A stretch of DNA of 64,000 bases from Candidatus Peregrinibacteria bacterium UBA1369 (GCA_002305925.1 DBRL01000013.1:54540-118539), one strand, 5' to 3'. Counted from the stretch's first letter, positions 49,149-59,435 are shown. A program made the numbers and translations. The notes: generated by a model not told the origin, from the letters alone.

Positions 49149-50537
49149 CTATTTATTATACCATTTTCGCACATAATCCGGCCAATCTTTTTTTTTCCTT
49201 CTGATGCCGGCCTCATTCATATAGCGCACCAGGCCAAATACCGGACGCTCCGGCCCCCAGGGCCGGTCATGCTTACCAAAACACCAGGCCACGCCGGCAA
49301 AACTGTTCGGATCCCGCCCGTCCAATTCATATTTATTGTTCAAATAAAGCATCCGTTTAAAAGCCTCCTCCGGCGTTTCCGACCACTCAATAATTTTCTT
49401 TCCCCAATACATGCGCATATAACCATGCATTTTCCCGCTGCGCGTCATCTCGAGCTGACAGGCATTCCAGATTTCATCCTCCGTCGCCGCACGTTCCAGC
49501 TCCTTCAGACTATACAAAAACGGCCTCACGTCACCGGCATGTTTCTCCAGCGACTCCCTGGCCCAGCGCGGCACGGCCCGCTGATAGCTGTCATAACCGG
49601 GATTAAAATGACAAAAATTCATCGCCAGTTCACGGCGCACAATCAATTCTTCCAGATAGGCCTCCACCGGCTCCCGCAGACTTCCGGCAAGATATTTTCT
49701 CACCGTCAGCGCGGCTTCCAGCGCGGATATTTGCCCGAAATGCAAGTATGGACTCATCCCCGAAAGCACCTCCCGGGTCGGCAAATTCCTTTCCCGCGCG
49801 TAGGTCTGCAAATCCCGGCGACAAAACAGTTTTAATCTGCGCAAAGCCTGGGTGCGTCCGCCCCGCCATGGAGACCTTGCAACCGAACGATCGATTTTCA
49901 GACCGGCCAACAATATTTCGGAGCTGCTCCAATCCAGCCCCTCTCCGGCTATCCGTTTGCAATCCCGCCCGGTAAACTTTTCCGACAGAGTAATCTGACT
50001 GAAGGGCCGCAAAAAATAATCCAGATGCCGGTTCAGCTTCGGCCGCAGAGTGCGCGCGGCATACTCTTCTTTTTCACTGGCGGTTTCCACAGGCACAATC
50101 ACATCGCTTTCCACCTCCACCATCTGCACGGATACAGCCTCCGCCACTTCCCGCCGCCACTTGCGCTGCACGTTGAGATAGCCGCGATCGGTCACCAGAA
50201 GCGCCGCCTTCAAATCCCGCACGGCCGGAGGGAGCACCACCCCGGGCTCTCCCTTTCTGATCTGCAGTGGTATCCCCCGCTTGGCCAGAGCCACACCAGT
50301 CTCAGCAAGTCCCTCGGCCATGAAAGCATAGTGCCGTAAATTGGCCTCGGGGAAATTATCCACCAGTGCAAAAATTACCACCAGCGGCAGATCAAGCTGA
50401 TTGGCGCGAAACACGGCGTATTCCAAAGCATGATTATATTCGGCTCTTTGCGACTGCTGCATCCAGTACAGCACCACCTCCCCGTCCCGCCTGGTTTCGC
50501 CCTCATTGAGAAAATGTATTCTCTCCTGTTCCACCAT
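49149..50537 (-). CDS. phrB: Class II CPD DNA photolyase
   Basis: VLYWM...QRA..NHAL, SPYLHFGQIS, EELIVRRELA.NF, GKMHGYMRMYWGKKI, YELDGRDPN. Confidence 0.93.
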   Translation of the reverse strand: MVEQERIHFLNEGETRRDGEVVLYWMQQSQRAEYNHALEYAVFRANQLDLPLVVIFALVDNFPEANLRHYAFMAEGLAETGVALAKRGIPLQIRKGEPGVVLPPAVRDLKAALLVTDRGYLNVQRKWRREVAEAVSVQMVEVESDVIVPVETASEKEEYAARTLRPKLNRHLDYFLRPFSQITLSEKFTGRDCKRIAGEGLDWSSSEILLAGLKIDRSVARSPWRGGRTQALRRLKLFCRRDLQTYARERNLPTREVLSGMSPYLHFGQISALEAALTVRKYLAGSLREPVEAYLEELIVRRELAMNFCHFNPGYDSYQRAVPRWARESLEKHAGDVRPFLYSLKELERAATEDEIWNACQLEMTRSGKMHGYMRMYWGKKIIEWSETPEEAFKRMLYLNNKYELDGRDPNSFAGVAWCFGKHDRPWGPERPVFGLVRYMNEAGIRRKKKDWPDYVRKWYNK

Positions 50538-50619
50538 CTTGGTTCAAAAAGGTATTGGAAATCAGCACCTGCACAGAGACATAGTGACACAACCAAGGGA
50601 TTAATGGTAGATTGATGAC

Positions 50620-51201
50620 ATGAAAAAAAACACTGTTTCAACTCTGCTGCTGATCGCCTTCGCCACGATAATTTTTACCTCCTGCCAAACTCCCGACCAG
50701 GAAAAACCAGGCAATGAAACAGCCACTCCAATACAAATAACCAATAACCAAAAAATTATGCACATCCAGAGCCCAGATTTTGAAAACAAAGCTCTCATTC
50801 CGGATGAATTCACCTGCATGGGCAAGGACATTTCTCCGGAATTGCAAATCAGCGAAGTGCCGCCCCACACCGCCTCACTGGCCCTGATTATGGAAGACCC
50901 CGATGCCCCCAACGGGACCTGGACACATTGGGTGATCTGGAATATCCCACCGGAAACTAGCGTCATCCCCCGCAACGTCAGCACCGATTTCGCCAGACAG
51001 GGCCTCAACTCCTGGCCCAAGAAAGGCTACGGAGGCCCCTGCCCTCCGTCCGGCACCCACCGCTACTTTTTTAAACTTTTCGCTCTGACCAAAGAGCTGG
51101 ACTTGCCCGACAACAGCGGAGGCGAAGATCTGCTGAAAGCCATGAACGGCCTGGTAATCAGTCAGGATCAATACATGGGCATTTACCGCAAAAAAGGCTG
51201 A
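50620..51201 (+). CDS. YbhB/YbcL (PEBP-family) lipoprotein
   Basis: Lipobox FTS-C; DPDAP, WTHWVIWNI, YGGPCPP, HRYFFKLFAL. Confidence 0.92.
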   Translation: MKKNTVSTLLLIAFATIIFTSCQTPDQEKPGNETATPIQITNNQKIMHIQSPDFENKALIPDEFTCMGKDISPELQISEVPPHTASLALIMEDPDAPNGTWTHWVIWNIPPETSVIPRNVSTDFARQGLNSWPKKGYGGPCPPSGTHRYFFKLFALTKELDLPDNSGGEDLLKAMNGLVISQDQYMGIYRKKG

Positions 51202-51216
51202 AATCGTTGGCTCGGA

Positions 51217-53007
51217 CTATTTCGGCAACAAGCCACCTACCTGCAAATCAACCAGATCCTTATACACACCCTCCTGCCGCGTCAACTGACGATGCGTTCC
51301 CTGCTGCACCACCCTGCCTTTGTCGATAACCACAATCTTGTCGACATCCACTACCGTGGAAAGCCGGTGGGCAATCACGATTGAGGTGCGGCCTTTCATC
51401 ACCTGCTGCAATGCCTGATGAATCACTTTTTCATTTTTGGAATCCAAGGCCGAAGTAGCCTCGTCCAAAATCAGAATCGGCGGATTTTTTAATACCACCC
51501 TGGCGATGGCCACCCGCTGTTTTTCACCGCCGGACAACTTCAGCCCCCGCTCCCCAACAACAGTTTTGTACTTCTTGGGAAGACTCATGATAAAATCATG
51601 AATATTGGCCTTTTTCGCGGCCTCATAGACCGCCGCCCGACGACAACCCGGACGCGCATAGGCGATATTGTTGTAAATCGTATCGTTAAACAGCGTATTT
51701 TCCTGCATCACCAAACCGATATTTTTGTGCAATGAGCGCTGGGATACTTTGCGAATATCCTGACCATCAATGAGAATCTTGCCCCTCTGCAAATCGTAAA
51801 AACGGTTCAGCAAAGCGGTCACCGTCGACTTGCCGGCACCCGAATGACCGACCAGCGCCGTAGCCTTGCCGGGTTCAAAAACAATATTGACCCGGGACAG
51901 CACTCCAACCTTCTGGTACTTGAAAGAAACATCCCTCATCTCGACCAGACCCTGCTTGACGCGCAAATCGGGTGCCTCAGGCAAATCCTTGACCGAGTCC
52001 TCCCTGTCCAGAATTTTTCTAGCCTCCTCCAACCGCAGCACGGCAAACTGAAAATGTCTCATATCCCAGCCAATTGCATAGAGCGGATCATAGAGATAGC
52101 GCCGAAAAGTATGGAACATCACCACCTGCCCCAGAGTGAATTCCCCCTGCACCATCAGATAGGCGCCAACGGAAATGATGATGATCACCTGCATCGTGCT
52201 GATCGCCCCACTCCAGACATCGATTCTCCCCCAGCGCACCGATGTTTTTTGCTGTAGTTTCACGTATTTTTCATACTTGCCCATGAAACGGCGCCGCTCC
52301 TTTCCCTCCTGGGCAAAACTTTTGACCACCATGATGTTGGCCACGGCATCATAAGCCCTGCCTATGGCCGAATCAAACAGGGTATTGGACTTGTTCTGCA
52401 GTTGATTGGTTTTTTTCAAGCCCAGAAAAACCACCCAGATCGCCAAGGGATAAAGGGAAACCGAAACCAGCGTCATCACCCAGTTGATCGTCATGGCCCA
52501 GATCAGCACGCCCAGAGCCAGAATCAGCTTTGGAACAACGTTGACCACAATCATAAAAGTAATAGTCCAGAAGCTGTCCACGGCCCGGTCAATTTTCTTC
52601 ATCATCTCTCCACTTTTTTTCTCCAGATGATAGGACATGTCCAGATCCAGCACCCGCTGCACGGCCATCAGAAAATAACTGCGATCCACCAGCGGCATAC
52701 GATGGGCAAACATCATCCGCACCAATGTCATCAACGCCGCCGACACCAGCATGATCACCGCCCACAAAGTGATAAAAAAAACGATCGTCTCGACCTCAAA
52801 AGTTTCGCCCACCCCAGCGATTTTGGCCAGCTCGTCAAAGACATTGCGATAAATATATGGCTCGATCATTTGCGAGAGTATCAGCACCAGCCAAAGCGGC
52901 CAGACATACCAGATCTTGCGCATCACCGGCCAGGTGAAACGCCAATAATAACGCAAAGGCGGCCCCCAATCCTTCATTTTCAACTCTTTTTCCATCTCAA
53001 AATCCAC
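51217..53007 (-). CDS. ABC exporter, fused permease and ATPase (MsbA/Atm1-like)
   Basis: N-terminal hydrophobic segments; GHSGAGKST, LSGGEKQR, LDEATSALD, IAHRLST. Confidence 0.93.
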   Translation of the reverse strand: MDFEMEKELKMKDWGPPLRYYWRFTWPVMRKIWYVWPLWLVLILSQMIEPYIYRNVFDELAKIAGVGETFEVETIVFFITLWAVIMLVSAALMTLVRMMFAHRMPLVDRSYFLMAVQRVLDLDMSYHLEKKSGEMMKKIDRAVDSFWTITFMIVVNVVPKLILALGVLIWAMTINWVMTLVSVSLYPLAIWVVFLGLKKTNQLQNKSNTLFDSAIGRAYDAVANIMVVKSFAQEGKERRRFMGKYEKYVKLQQKTSVRWGRIDVWSGAISTMQVIIIISVGAYLMVQGEFTLGQVVMFHTFRRYLYDPLYAIGWDMRHFQFAVLRLEEARKILDREDSVKDLPEAPDLRVKQGLVEMRDVSFKYQKVGVLSRVNIVFEPGKATALVGHSGAGKSTVTALLNRFYDLQRGKILIDGQDIRKVSQRSLHKNIGLVMQENTLFNDTIYNNIAYARPGCRRAAVYEAAKKANIHDFIMSLPKKYKTVVGERGLKLSGGEKQRVAIARVVLKNPPILILDEATSALDSKNEKVIHQALQQVMKGRTSIVIAHRLSTVVDVDKIVVIDKGRVVQQGTHRQLTRQEGVYKDLVDLQVGGLLPK

Positions 53008-53098
53008 ATATTTGACTTACGGGATGCATTATAGAGTAATAAATTTTGCTTTGCAATTTGACAAATCTATACTATGATACGCGGGCAAAGACCTTTGT

Positions 53099-53175
53099 GA
53101 GCCCGTAGCTCAGATGGATAGAGCGTTGGTTTGCGGAGCCAAAGGTCGCGCGTTCGACTCGCGCCGGGCTCACCA
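53099..53175 (+). tRNA. tRNA-Arg (anticodon GCG)
   Basis: Acceptor GAGCCCG/CGGGCTC-ACCA; D arm GCTC/GAGC; anticodon arm TTGGT-TTGCGGA-GCCAA; T loop GTTCGACTC. Confidence 0.95.
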
Positions 53176-53263
53176 TTTCCAAATACCAACTTCGCCAAAA
53201 CTCCGATACGGCACAAAGGCATCGCTTTATTAGTGGAAATCATTTACTGAACCGGAGCGACAC

Positions 53264-53917
53264 CTATTTACGCAAAGACTCAATCGCCGCCACACGATCA
53301 GCCGCGCCAAAAATATAGCTGCCCGCCACCAGCACATCGGCACCGGCCTCCCGGCAGAGCGCTGCGGTTTCTGCATTGATACCACCATCGACTTCTACCA
53401 GAAGTTCCGGTCGTCTTTCTTTCAGCCAGCGGATTTTGTCCAAGGCCAGCGAAATAAATTTCTGCCCGCCAAAACCGGGATTGACGCTCATCACCAGCAC
53501 CATGTCCAGATCATCAAGAATCGGGCTCAGACTCTCCACCGCTGTAGCCGGATTAAGAGCAACCGCGGCCTTCATACCCAGTTCGTGAATACGGGCAATC
53601 AAACGATGTAAATGGACATTCCCCTCCTGATGCACCGTCACCGACCCCACACCGATTTCCGCCAGCTCTTCCAGATAGGTTTCGGGGTGCTCCACCATCA
53701 AATGTGCGTCCAGTAACAATCCGGTTTTGATGCGGCGAATCACCGGGGCCCCAAAAGTCAGATTGGGCACAAAGTGGAAATCCATCAGATCCAGATGCAG
53801 CCAATCGGCATGGGACTCCACGGTGGCAATTTCCTCATTCAGTTTGCCAAAATCGGCCGACAGGATCGACGGGGCGATCAGTATTTTTTTCTCCGCAGAA
53901 TTGAGTAATTGTTCCAT
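53264..53917 (-). CDS. rpe: Ribulose-phosphate 3-epimerase
   Basis: IAPSILSADF, HLDLMD.HFVPN, DAHLMV, MSVNPGFGGQ, VDGG. Confidence 0.97.
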   Translation of the reverse strand: MEQLLNSAEKKILIAPSILSADFGKLNEEIATVESHADWLHLDLMDFHFVPNLTFGAPVIRRIKTGLLLDAHLMVEHPETYLEELAEIGVGSVTVHQEGNVHLHRLIARIHELGMKAAVALNPATAVESLSPILDDLDMVLVMSVNPGFGGQKFISLALDKIRWLKERRPELLVEVDGGINAETAALCREAGADVLVAGSYIFGAADRVAAIESLRK

Positions 53918-53954
53918 GATCGTGCAAAAATTCAAATATTACCCGCCCCCAATA

Positions 53955-54443
53955 CTAACAGGCGCCGGTTTTCTCATCAGCGCTGGCCGGCTCATTGATT
54001 TTTTCCAGTTTGGCCACCCGGCGGACATGTCTTTCCTCTGCGTCAAAATGTGCCTGCAGAAAAGCATCTACAATGGCTTTAGCTAAGTCCCTGCCGATAA
54101 AACGCTCCCCCATACACAAAACATTGGCGTCATTGTGGGCGCGCCCCATTCTGGCCGTCAATTCATCACTGGCCAGCACGGCGCGTATGCCCGAACGTTT
54201 ATTGGCGGCAATTGACATGCCTATCCCGCTGCCACAGATCAATATCCCCATTGCCTCTTTATTCTCGACAACCTTTTCACACACTTCCCGGGCAATGTCC
54301 GGATAGTCAGTGGAATCATTGGTAAATACTCCCAAATCAAGAATCTGCGCTTCCTCGTTGTCCTGAAATTTATTTTCCAGATAATCCTTGATTTCTCTTT
54401 TCAAGTTGATGCCGGCATGATCAGACCCCAAATAAATTTGCAT
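53955..54443 (-). CDS. rpiB: Ribose-5-phosphate isomerase B
   Basis: GSDHAG, DYPD, ICGSGIGMSIAANK, HNDANVL, RHVRRV. Confidence 0.97.
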   Translation of the reverse strand: MQIYLGSDHAGINLKREIKDYLENKFQDNEEAQILDLGVFTNDSTDYPDIAREVCEKVVENKEAMGILICGSGIGMSIAANKRSGIRAVLASDELTARMGRAHNDANVLCMGERFIGRDLAKAIVDAFLQAHFDAEERHVRRVAKLEKINEPASADEKTGAC

Positions 54444-54527
54444 ATTTTTTGTTTTAAATTGTGTTTCCCTATATTATAACACCTGCAAAAGCAGCGTAAA
54501 AGCTGAAAACCTCATTTTTCAAGTGAC

Positions 54528-55466
54528 ATGACCGACAGGGCGGGATTGCGCAAACATTTCGGCGAATACCTGGAAAAACTGGGTGCCAAGCACAAAAACC
54601 TGGTAGTGCTCGACTCTGACCTCAGCAACGGCCTGAACACGCTCCTTTTCGCCAAAAACCATCCGGAAAGACATTTCAGCGTGCCCGAAGCCGAAAGGGC
54701 CATGCTCTCGATGGCAACGGGAATGACCATCCGTAAAAAAAGTCCCTGGGTTTGCGCCCGCGCAGGCAACCTCCTCGGCCGCGCACTCGACATTCTCCGT
54801 AATGGCGTGGTCTCACCCAATCTCAATCTGAAAATCATCCTCTCCGATGTCGGACTGGGCAATCTGGAACATGGCGCCTGTCGCACCAGCACCGAGGATC
54901 TCGCCATTTTGCGGAGTTTACCCAACCTGAAAATATTCACTCCCGCCGATCAACATGAACTGCGGGCGATGATGGAATTTATGACCACGGATTTCGGCCC
55001 TACGGTAATGCGTATACCCGCCCAATGCCATGAAGATATCTTTGACGGCAATTACATTTTCAATCCCGGGACTCCGGTCATTGTTCGCCGCGGTGAACAG
55101 ATTTGTCTTTTTTCGCATGGCAACATGTTACAACAAACGCTGCAGGCGGCCAGTGAACTAATGAGCAAGGGTCTCTCGGCGCAAGTGGTCAACCTGCCGA
55201 CACCGGCCCCGCTGGACGAGGAAAAACTTGCCGAAATCTGCACGGGGTTCGATTTATTGCTCAGCGTTGAAGACCACAGTCTGCAGGGCGGATTGGGCAC
55301 GATACTCGCCGAATTGCTGCAAAAAAAGTCCCTTCCGGCCCGGCTGGTCAAACTTGGTCTGACTGCCCCGGTGGAATCGGGAAAATATCAGGAGGTACTG
55401 GAAAAACACGGCATAGGCACAAAAAACATCTACGAAACGGTACGCGAAAAATGGCTGCAAAGTTGA
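54528..55466 (+). CDS. Transketolase C-terminal subunit-like protein (degenerate)
   Basis: VVLDSDL, HPERHF, AE, EDLAILRSLPN, PAD, VEDH...GGLG. Confidence 0.8.
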   Translation: MTDRAGLRKHFGEYLEKLGAKHKNLVVLDSDLSNGLNTLLFAKNHPERHFSVPEAERAMLSMATGMTIRKKSPWVCARAGNLLGRALDILRNGVVSPNLNLKIILSDVGLGNLEHGACRTSTEDLAILRSLPNLKIFTPADQHELRAMMEFMTTDFGPTVMRIPAQCHEDIFDGNYIFNPGTPVIVRRGEQICLFSHGNMLQQTLQAASELMSKGLSAQVVNLPTPAPLDEEKLAEICTGFDLLLSVEDHSLQGGLGTILAELLQKKSLPARLVKLGLTAPVESGKYQEVLEKHGIGTKNIYETVREKWLQS

Positions 55467-55486
55467 GCCCTAAGCTGCCCCCCCTT

Positions 55487-56002
55487 TTACCAGCTGACAC
55501 GATCGCCAGGAGCGATGCCCCATCTCTGCGCCAGCCCCCCACCAATTTCCAAAACATACCTGGCCGGATATTGGGAAGCGTACTTGGGACAGTCCGCGTC
55601 ACGCATAGCCGTACAGGGCTGGGCCTGATGAACAACGTGCCTGACCGTACCGGTCTCATCGACAAAAATCATGTCCAGAGCGATCAGAGTGTTTTTCATC
55701 CAAAAATTGAGATAACCCTGACTTTCAAAAAGGAAGAGCATACCTTTACCTTCGTCGAGAGTACGGCGATTCATCAGACCGACACGTCGCTCTACATCGG
55801 TACTGGCCACCTCCATTTGCAGTTCGCGCTTACCGGCAGCTGTTTCGACAGTCACCTTTTTCTGCGACAATCCCGAATTGACGGTAACTGCAGATTCTTC
55901 CCCAACCAAATCGGTCCTGTTTTCCTGCCCCGGCCACAACGCACAGGAACACAAAAGCAGCAACGAACCTGACAATAGCAAAGCTTTAATAAAAGTTTTC
56001 AT
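55487..56002 (-). CDS. DUF192 lipoprotein
   Basis: EVAST..ER..GLMNR, GMLFLF, FWMKNTLIALDMIF, YVLEI. Confidence 0.9.
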   Translation of the reverse strand: MKTFIKALLLSGSLLLLCSCALWPGQENRTDLVGEESAVTVNSGLSQKKVTVETAAGKRELQMEVASTDVERRVGLMNRRTLDEGKGMLFLFESQGYLNFWMKNTLIALDMIFVDETGTVRHVVHQAQPCTAMRDADCPKYASQYPARYVLEIGGGLAQRWGIAPGDRVSW

Positions 56003-56032
56003 TAAAAAAATCCATTAAATGATATTTTTTAC

Positions 56033-56500
56033 TCAGGGATAAAGATATCGCCCCTGAATCGTCTCTCGGGATACAAAGGGGTAGAAAAAAGTTCGCGAAT
56101 CCTTGCTGTGAGCCCTGTTATCGCCCAGAACAAAATACTCCCCCTCAGGTACGGGGAAATACCTTCTGTCACCGTAATCAAACTCCTGACTGGCCAGATA
56201 GGGCTCATAGAGACGTTGATACTGACCATCACCTTTCTTGATTGAAACAGAGTTTCCTTCGAGACGAACAGTTTCACCGGGTAAACCGATAATTCGTTTG
56301 ACGTAAAAAAAGTCATCCCCGTTGCTGAAAACAACAATCTCACCACGCCTCAACGGCCGTTCCTGATCGATTTTTGAATCAATTAGAAAAAACTCCCTGT
56401 CATAGAGAGTGGGGTCCATCGACTGCCCTTCTACAAGAAAAGGACTCACCGTCATCAGACGTGTCGCCACCATCATGATAAAGAAAAAATTGGACATCAT
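56033..56500 (-). CDS. lepB: Signal peptidase I
   Basis: GQSMDPTL (Ser), VKRIIGLPGE (Lys), GDNR..SKDSR. Confidence 0.92.
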   Translation of the reverse strand: MMSNFFFIMMVATRLMTVSPFLVEGQSMDPTLYDREFFLIDSKIDQERPLRRGEIVVFSNGDDFFYVKRIIGLPGETVRLEGNSVSIKKGDGQYQRLYEPYLASQEFDYGDRRYFPVPEGEYFVLGDNRAHSKDSRTFFYPFVSRETIQGRYLYP

Positions 56501-56512
56501 CCCTTTGATAAA

Positions 56513-57364
56513 TTAATCGATTTTCTTTTCCAGCACGGCCAGCGCTTCCTCAAGCTCCTCTGGACTAAGCGGCTTGTCATGGTAAAAACTTTTATTTTCG
56601 GCGAAATCAACCCCCTTGGCCTTGACCGTCCTGGCAATCAGGGCTACCGGCAGACGGGTCTCCGAAACCGCCTTTTCCAGAGCGTCAAGCAGATGGTCAA
56701 AATCATGACCGGCAAAAATATTGATCGTACGAAAACCACAGGCTTCTAGCTTATCCGAAAGTGGGTCGGTCAGATTGAGATTGCGGACAATGCCGTCCTG
56801 TTGTATGCCGTTTCGATCTACCAGCAAAACAAAATTGCCAAGTTTGTTGTGACCGGCCTGGAGTACGGACTCCCAGACGGCACCCCCGGCCATTTCCGCA
56901 TCACCAGCCAGCACAAAAACCTTGTTGCGCAAACGCCCGGCCTTCAAGGACATGGCCAACCCCACCGCGCCGGCAACTCCCTGCCCCGACAAACCGGCAG
57001 TCAAAGGTACACCCGGTATGCGCGAACGGGGCACGGCGGTGAGCAGCGAACCGGTGGCCTGAAAATAATCCAGCTCTTCCGCAGGAAAATACCCCAGATC
57101 AGCCAAAACGGCATACCAGGTAGGCGCGGCGGAAAGTTTGGAAAGAATAAAATAATCCTGATCAGAAGCGTTGGGATTGGCCGGATCGATATTCAAAATA
57201 GGTCCGGACGCAGTCTGACCATAATAAAGCGCGGCCATAATTTCGACGCACGACATGGCACTGCCCACAGAACCGCTCTGCGCACGGGTGATCATCTTGA
57301 GAACCTCTATTCTTGTTTCGGTGGCCTTGCGCCGCAGGGCCGCCAAATATTCCTGAAAAGACAT
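56513..57364 (-). CDS. Transketolase N-terminal subunit-like protein (degenerate)
   Basis: D.FILSK, G.SGQG, GD.E...G.VWE, DRNGIQ.DG, GHD, T.K.KG. Confidence 0.82.
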   Translation of the reverse strand: MSFQEYLAALRRKATETRIEVLKMITRAQSGSVGSAMSCVEIMAALYYGQTASGPILNIDPANPNASDQDYFILSKLSAAPTWYAVLADLGYFPAEELDYFQATGSLLTAVPRSRIPGVPLTAGLSGQGVAGAVGLAMSLKAGRLRNKVFVLAGDAEMAGGAVWESVLQAGHNKLGNFVLLVDRNGIQQDGIVRNLNLTDPLSDKLEACGFRTINIFAGHDFDHLLDALEKAVSETRLPVALIARTVKAKGVDFAENKSFYHDKPLSPEELEEALAVLEKKID

Positions 57365-57505
57365 TACTGGTTTGATAATTGTCCGCGCCAGATACTGCGA
57401 TGACCTGATTTTGCCCCAAATAAAGGTTTAAATAAAGACGAAAAGTCTTGCCGCCTACGGACATTTGCTCTACAAATATTAGGCAAAACTTTATCAACAC
57501 AAAAC

Positions 57506-57910
57506 ATGATTGACGATCAAATCCGTCTGGCCATTCAAAACGTACGTAAACTAAAAGAGGAATTGCGCCAAATCAAAAAAGATCTCCGCGAAGAGGAAAA
57601 AATCGACAGCCCCGAATATATCGACCTGGAAAAAGCTCTCAAAGATTTAAAAAAGCAGGTCAAGGACTACAAGGATCAGTGGATGCTGGAAATGCAAAGT
57701 GACGAAGACTATAACAAATTACGTGAATTGCGCATCGGTAAGGAAGAAGAAATTGCCGAACAAAACGCCAAATTATTCGAGCTGGTGGCCAAACTGCCCC
57801 AGAAACCGGTAGAAATGAACATGGATGGGGAAAACGGCCCGATTCGCATCCAAATCATGCCTGAGATGAAGCTTTATCTCAATGGACGGGAAGAGAAACG
57901 CCGCGCCTAA
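57506..57910 (+). CDS. Hypothetical coiled-coil protein
   Basis: 134-aa Glu/Lys-rich ORF with host-like codons. Confidence 0.75.
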   Translation: MIDDQIRLAIQNVRKLKEELRQIKKDLREEEKIDSPEYIDLEKALKDLKKQVKDYKDQWMLEMQSDEDYNKLRELRIGKEEEIAEQNAKLFELVAKLPQKPVEMNMDGENGPIRIQIMPEMKLYLNGREEKRRA

Positions 57911-57915
57911 ACACC

Positions 57916-59286
57916 ATGCCCATGAGCGCCCGGGACAAAAACCTCGATAGGAACAACCCTCCGGTTATCGCCATTGTCGGCGGCGGCGCGGCCGGTCTGA
58001 TGGCCGCTTATTTTGCCTCAATACAGACGGGACACCCCAGAGTAGTTTTGCTGGAAAAAAACAGCGGTCTGGGGGCAAAAATCATTATTTCGGGCGGTGG
58101 CCGCTGCAATGTTACCACCGGTCTGACCGACCCGCGGGAAGTCCTGAAAAACTATCCGCGCGGTAGTCGTTTTTTGCGTACGGCCATGTATAGTTTCCCG
58201 CCGCAAAGCACGATGGACTGGTTTGAAAGTCAAGGCGTACCGCTTAAAACCGAGACTGACCAGCGTGTCTTTCCCATCTCCAACGACGGAAGACAAATCG
58301 TCGAAGCCCTGGAAAAAGCCCTGCTCGCCAACAATGTACAGATCAGACTAAACTGCGCGGTCAAAAACATCGAAGCCTTGACCAGCGGCTTTCGGTTGAA
58401 ACTCGACAGCACCGCGGCTAAATCGAACCAGGGCAATAAAAGTGGTAACACGGCGGCAAAAGACTCCACCCTGACCGCGGACAGAGTGATTCTCACCACC
58501 GGCGGCAGCGCCTACAGACACACGGGATCCAGCGGAGACGGTTACGCCTTCGCCGAAAAACTCGGCCACCATCTGACCACGCTGGCGCCCTCGCTGGCCG
58601 CGCTCCAAACCGTCGAACAATGGGCACATCAATTGAGCGGCATCTCGTTTCCTGACGTTGAACTGGCACTCCAGACATCCGCAAACAGACACCGACGGCG
58701 CGGCCCCCTGCTGTTCACCCATCGGGGTATCAGTGGCCCGGCCGTCTTCGCCCTTTCCGCCCTGGCCGCCCATGACCTGATTACCCCTCAACAACCCGCG
58801 CACCTGCAGATCAATTTTTTCCCGGACAGCAACCCGGAAAAATTATCCGCCGAATTGAACCGGCAAATCGACCGGCACCCCAACAAAAAAGCCGCCAATC
58901 TGCTGGGACTCTTTGTCCCGCACTCCCTGGCCGAAAAAATCAGCACGGAACTGCTGACCCCGGCCTTCTCCGACAAAAACCTGACCAGCCTCACCGCCGC
59001 CAATTTTCCAAAAGCCCTGAGACAAAAAATCTGCGCGACACTGACGGCCCTGCCTCTGGAGATCATCGGCCGCGGCGCCGGTGAAGAATTCGTCACCGCC
59101 GGCGGAGTGGATTTGAAAGAGGTAAACCCGGCCACGATGGAATCGCGGCTGCGCCGCGGCCTCTATTTCGCCGGCGAACTGCTGGACATCGACGGTTTCA
59201 CCGGCGGCTTCAACCTGCAGGCCAGCTGGGCTACCGGCGCCTTGGCCGGCGAATCGGCCGCCCGCTCGGCCGCCAATTCTTGTTGA
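57916..59286 (+). CDS. HI0933/YhiN/BaiN-family flavoprotein
   Basis: GGGAAG, ISGGGRCNVT, LLFTHRGISGP, VTAGGV, GELLDIDGFTGGFNLQ. Confidence 0.94.
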   Translation: MPMSARDKNLDRNNPPVIAIVGGGAAGLMAAYFASIQTGHPRVVLLEKNSGLGAKIIISGGGRCNVTTGLTDPREVLKNYPRGSRFLRTAMYSFPPQSTMDWFESQGVPLKTETDQRVFPISNDGRQIVEALEKALLANNVQIRLNCAVKNIEALTSGFRLKLDSTAAKSNQGNKSGNTAAKDSTLTADRVILTTGGSAYRHTGSSGDGYAFAEKLGHHLTTLAPSLAALQTVEQWAHQLSGISFPDVELALQTSANRHRRRGPLLFTHRGISGPAVFALSALAAHDLITPQQPAHLQINFFPDSNPEKLSAELNRQIDRHPNKKAANLLGLFVPHSLAEKISTELLTPAFSDKNLTSLTAANFPKALRQKICATLTALPLEIIGRGAGEEFVTAGGVDLKEVNPATMESRLRRGLYFAGELLDIDGFTGGFNLQASWATGALAGESAARSAANSC

Positions 59287-59435
59287 CTTTATTTCGAATC
59301 AGAATAAAATCGCGTCCTGCTCCTAATCTTGCTCGGCAGTGATTAGGCGGCGACACTTGACATGGACGGGACCAACAAACGGAGCGTCTGACGGCAATCA
59401 TGCGGGCAGACAACAACCAAGGGAGGCTTGAAAAA
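59283..59435 (+). promoter_or_regulatory. Promoter plus structured leader with AACAACCAAG-GGAGG
   Basis: TTGACT-16 nt-TAAAAT; CCTAATC..GATTAGG hairpin; GTCTG..CAGAC hairpin; AACAACCAAGGGAGG. Confidence 0.5.
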
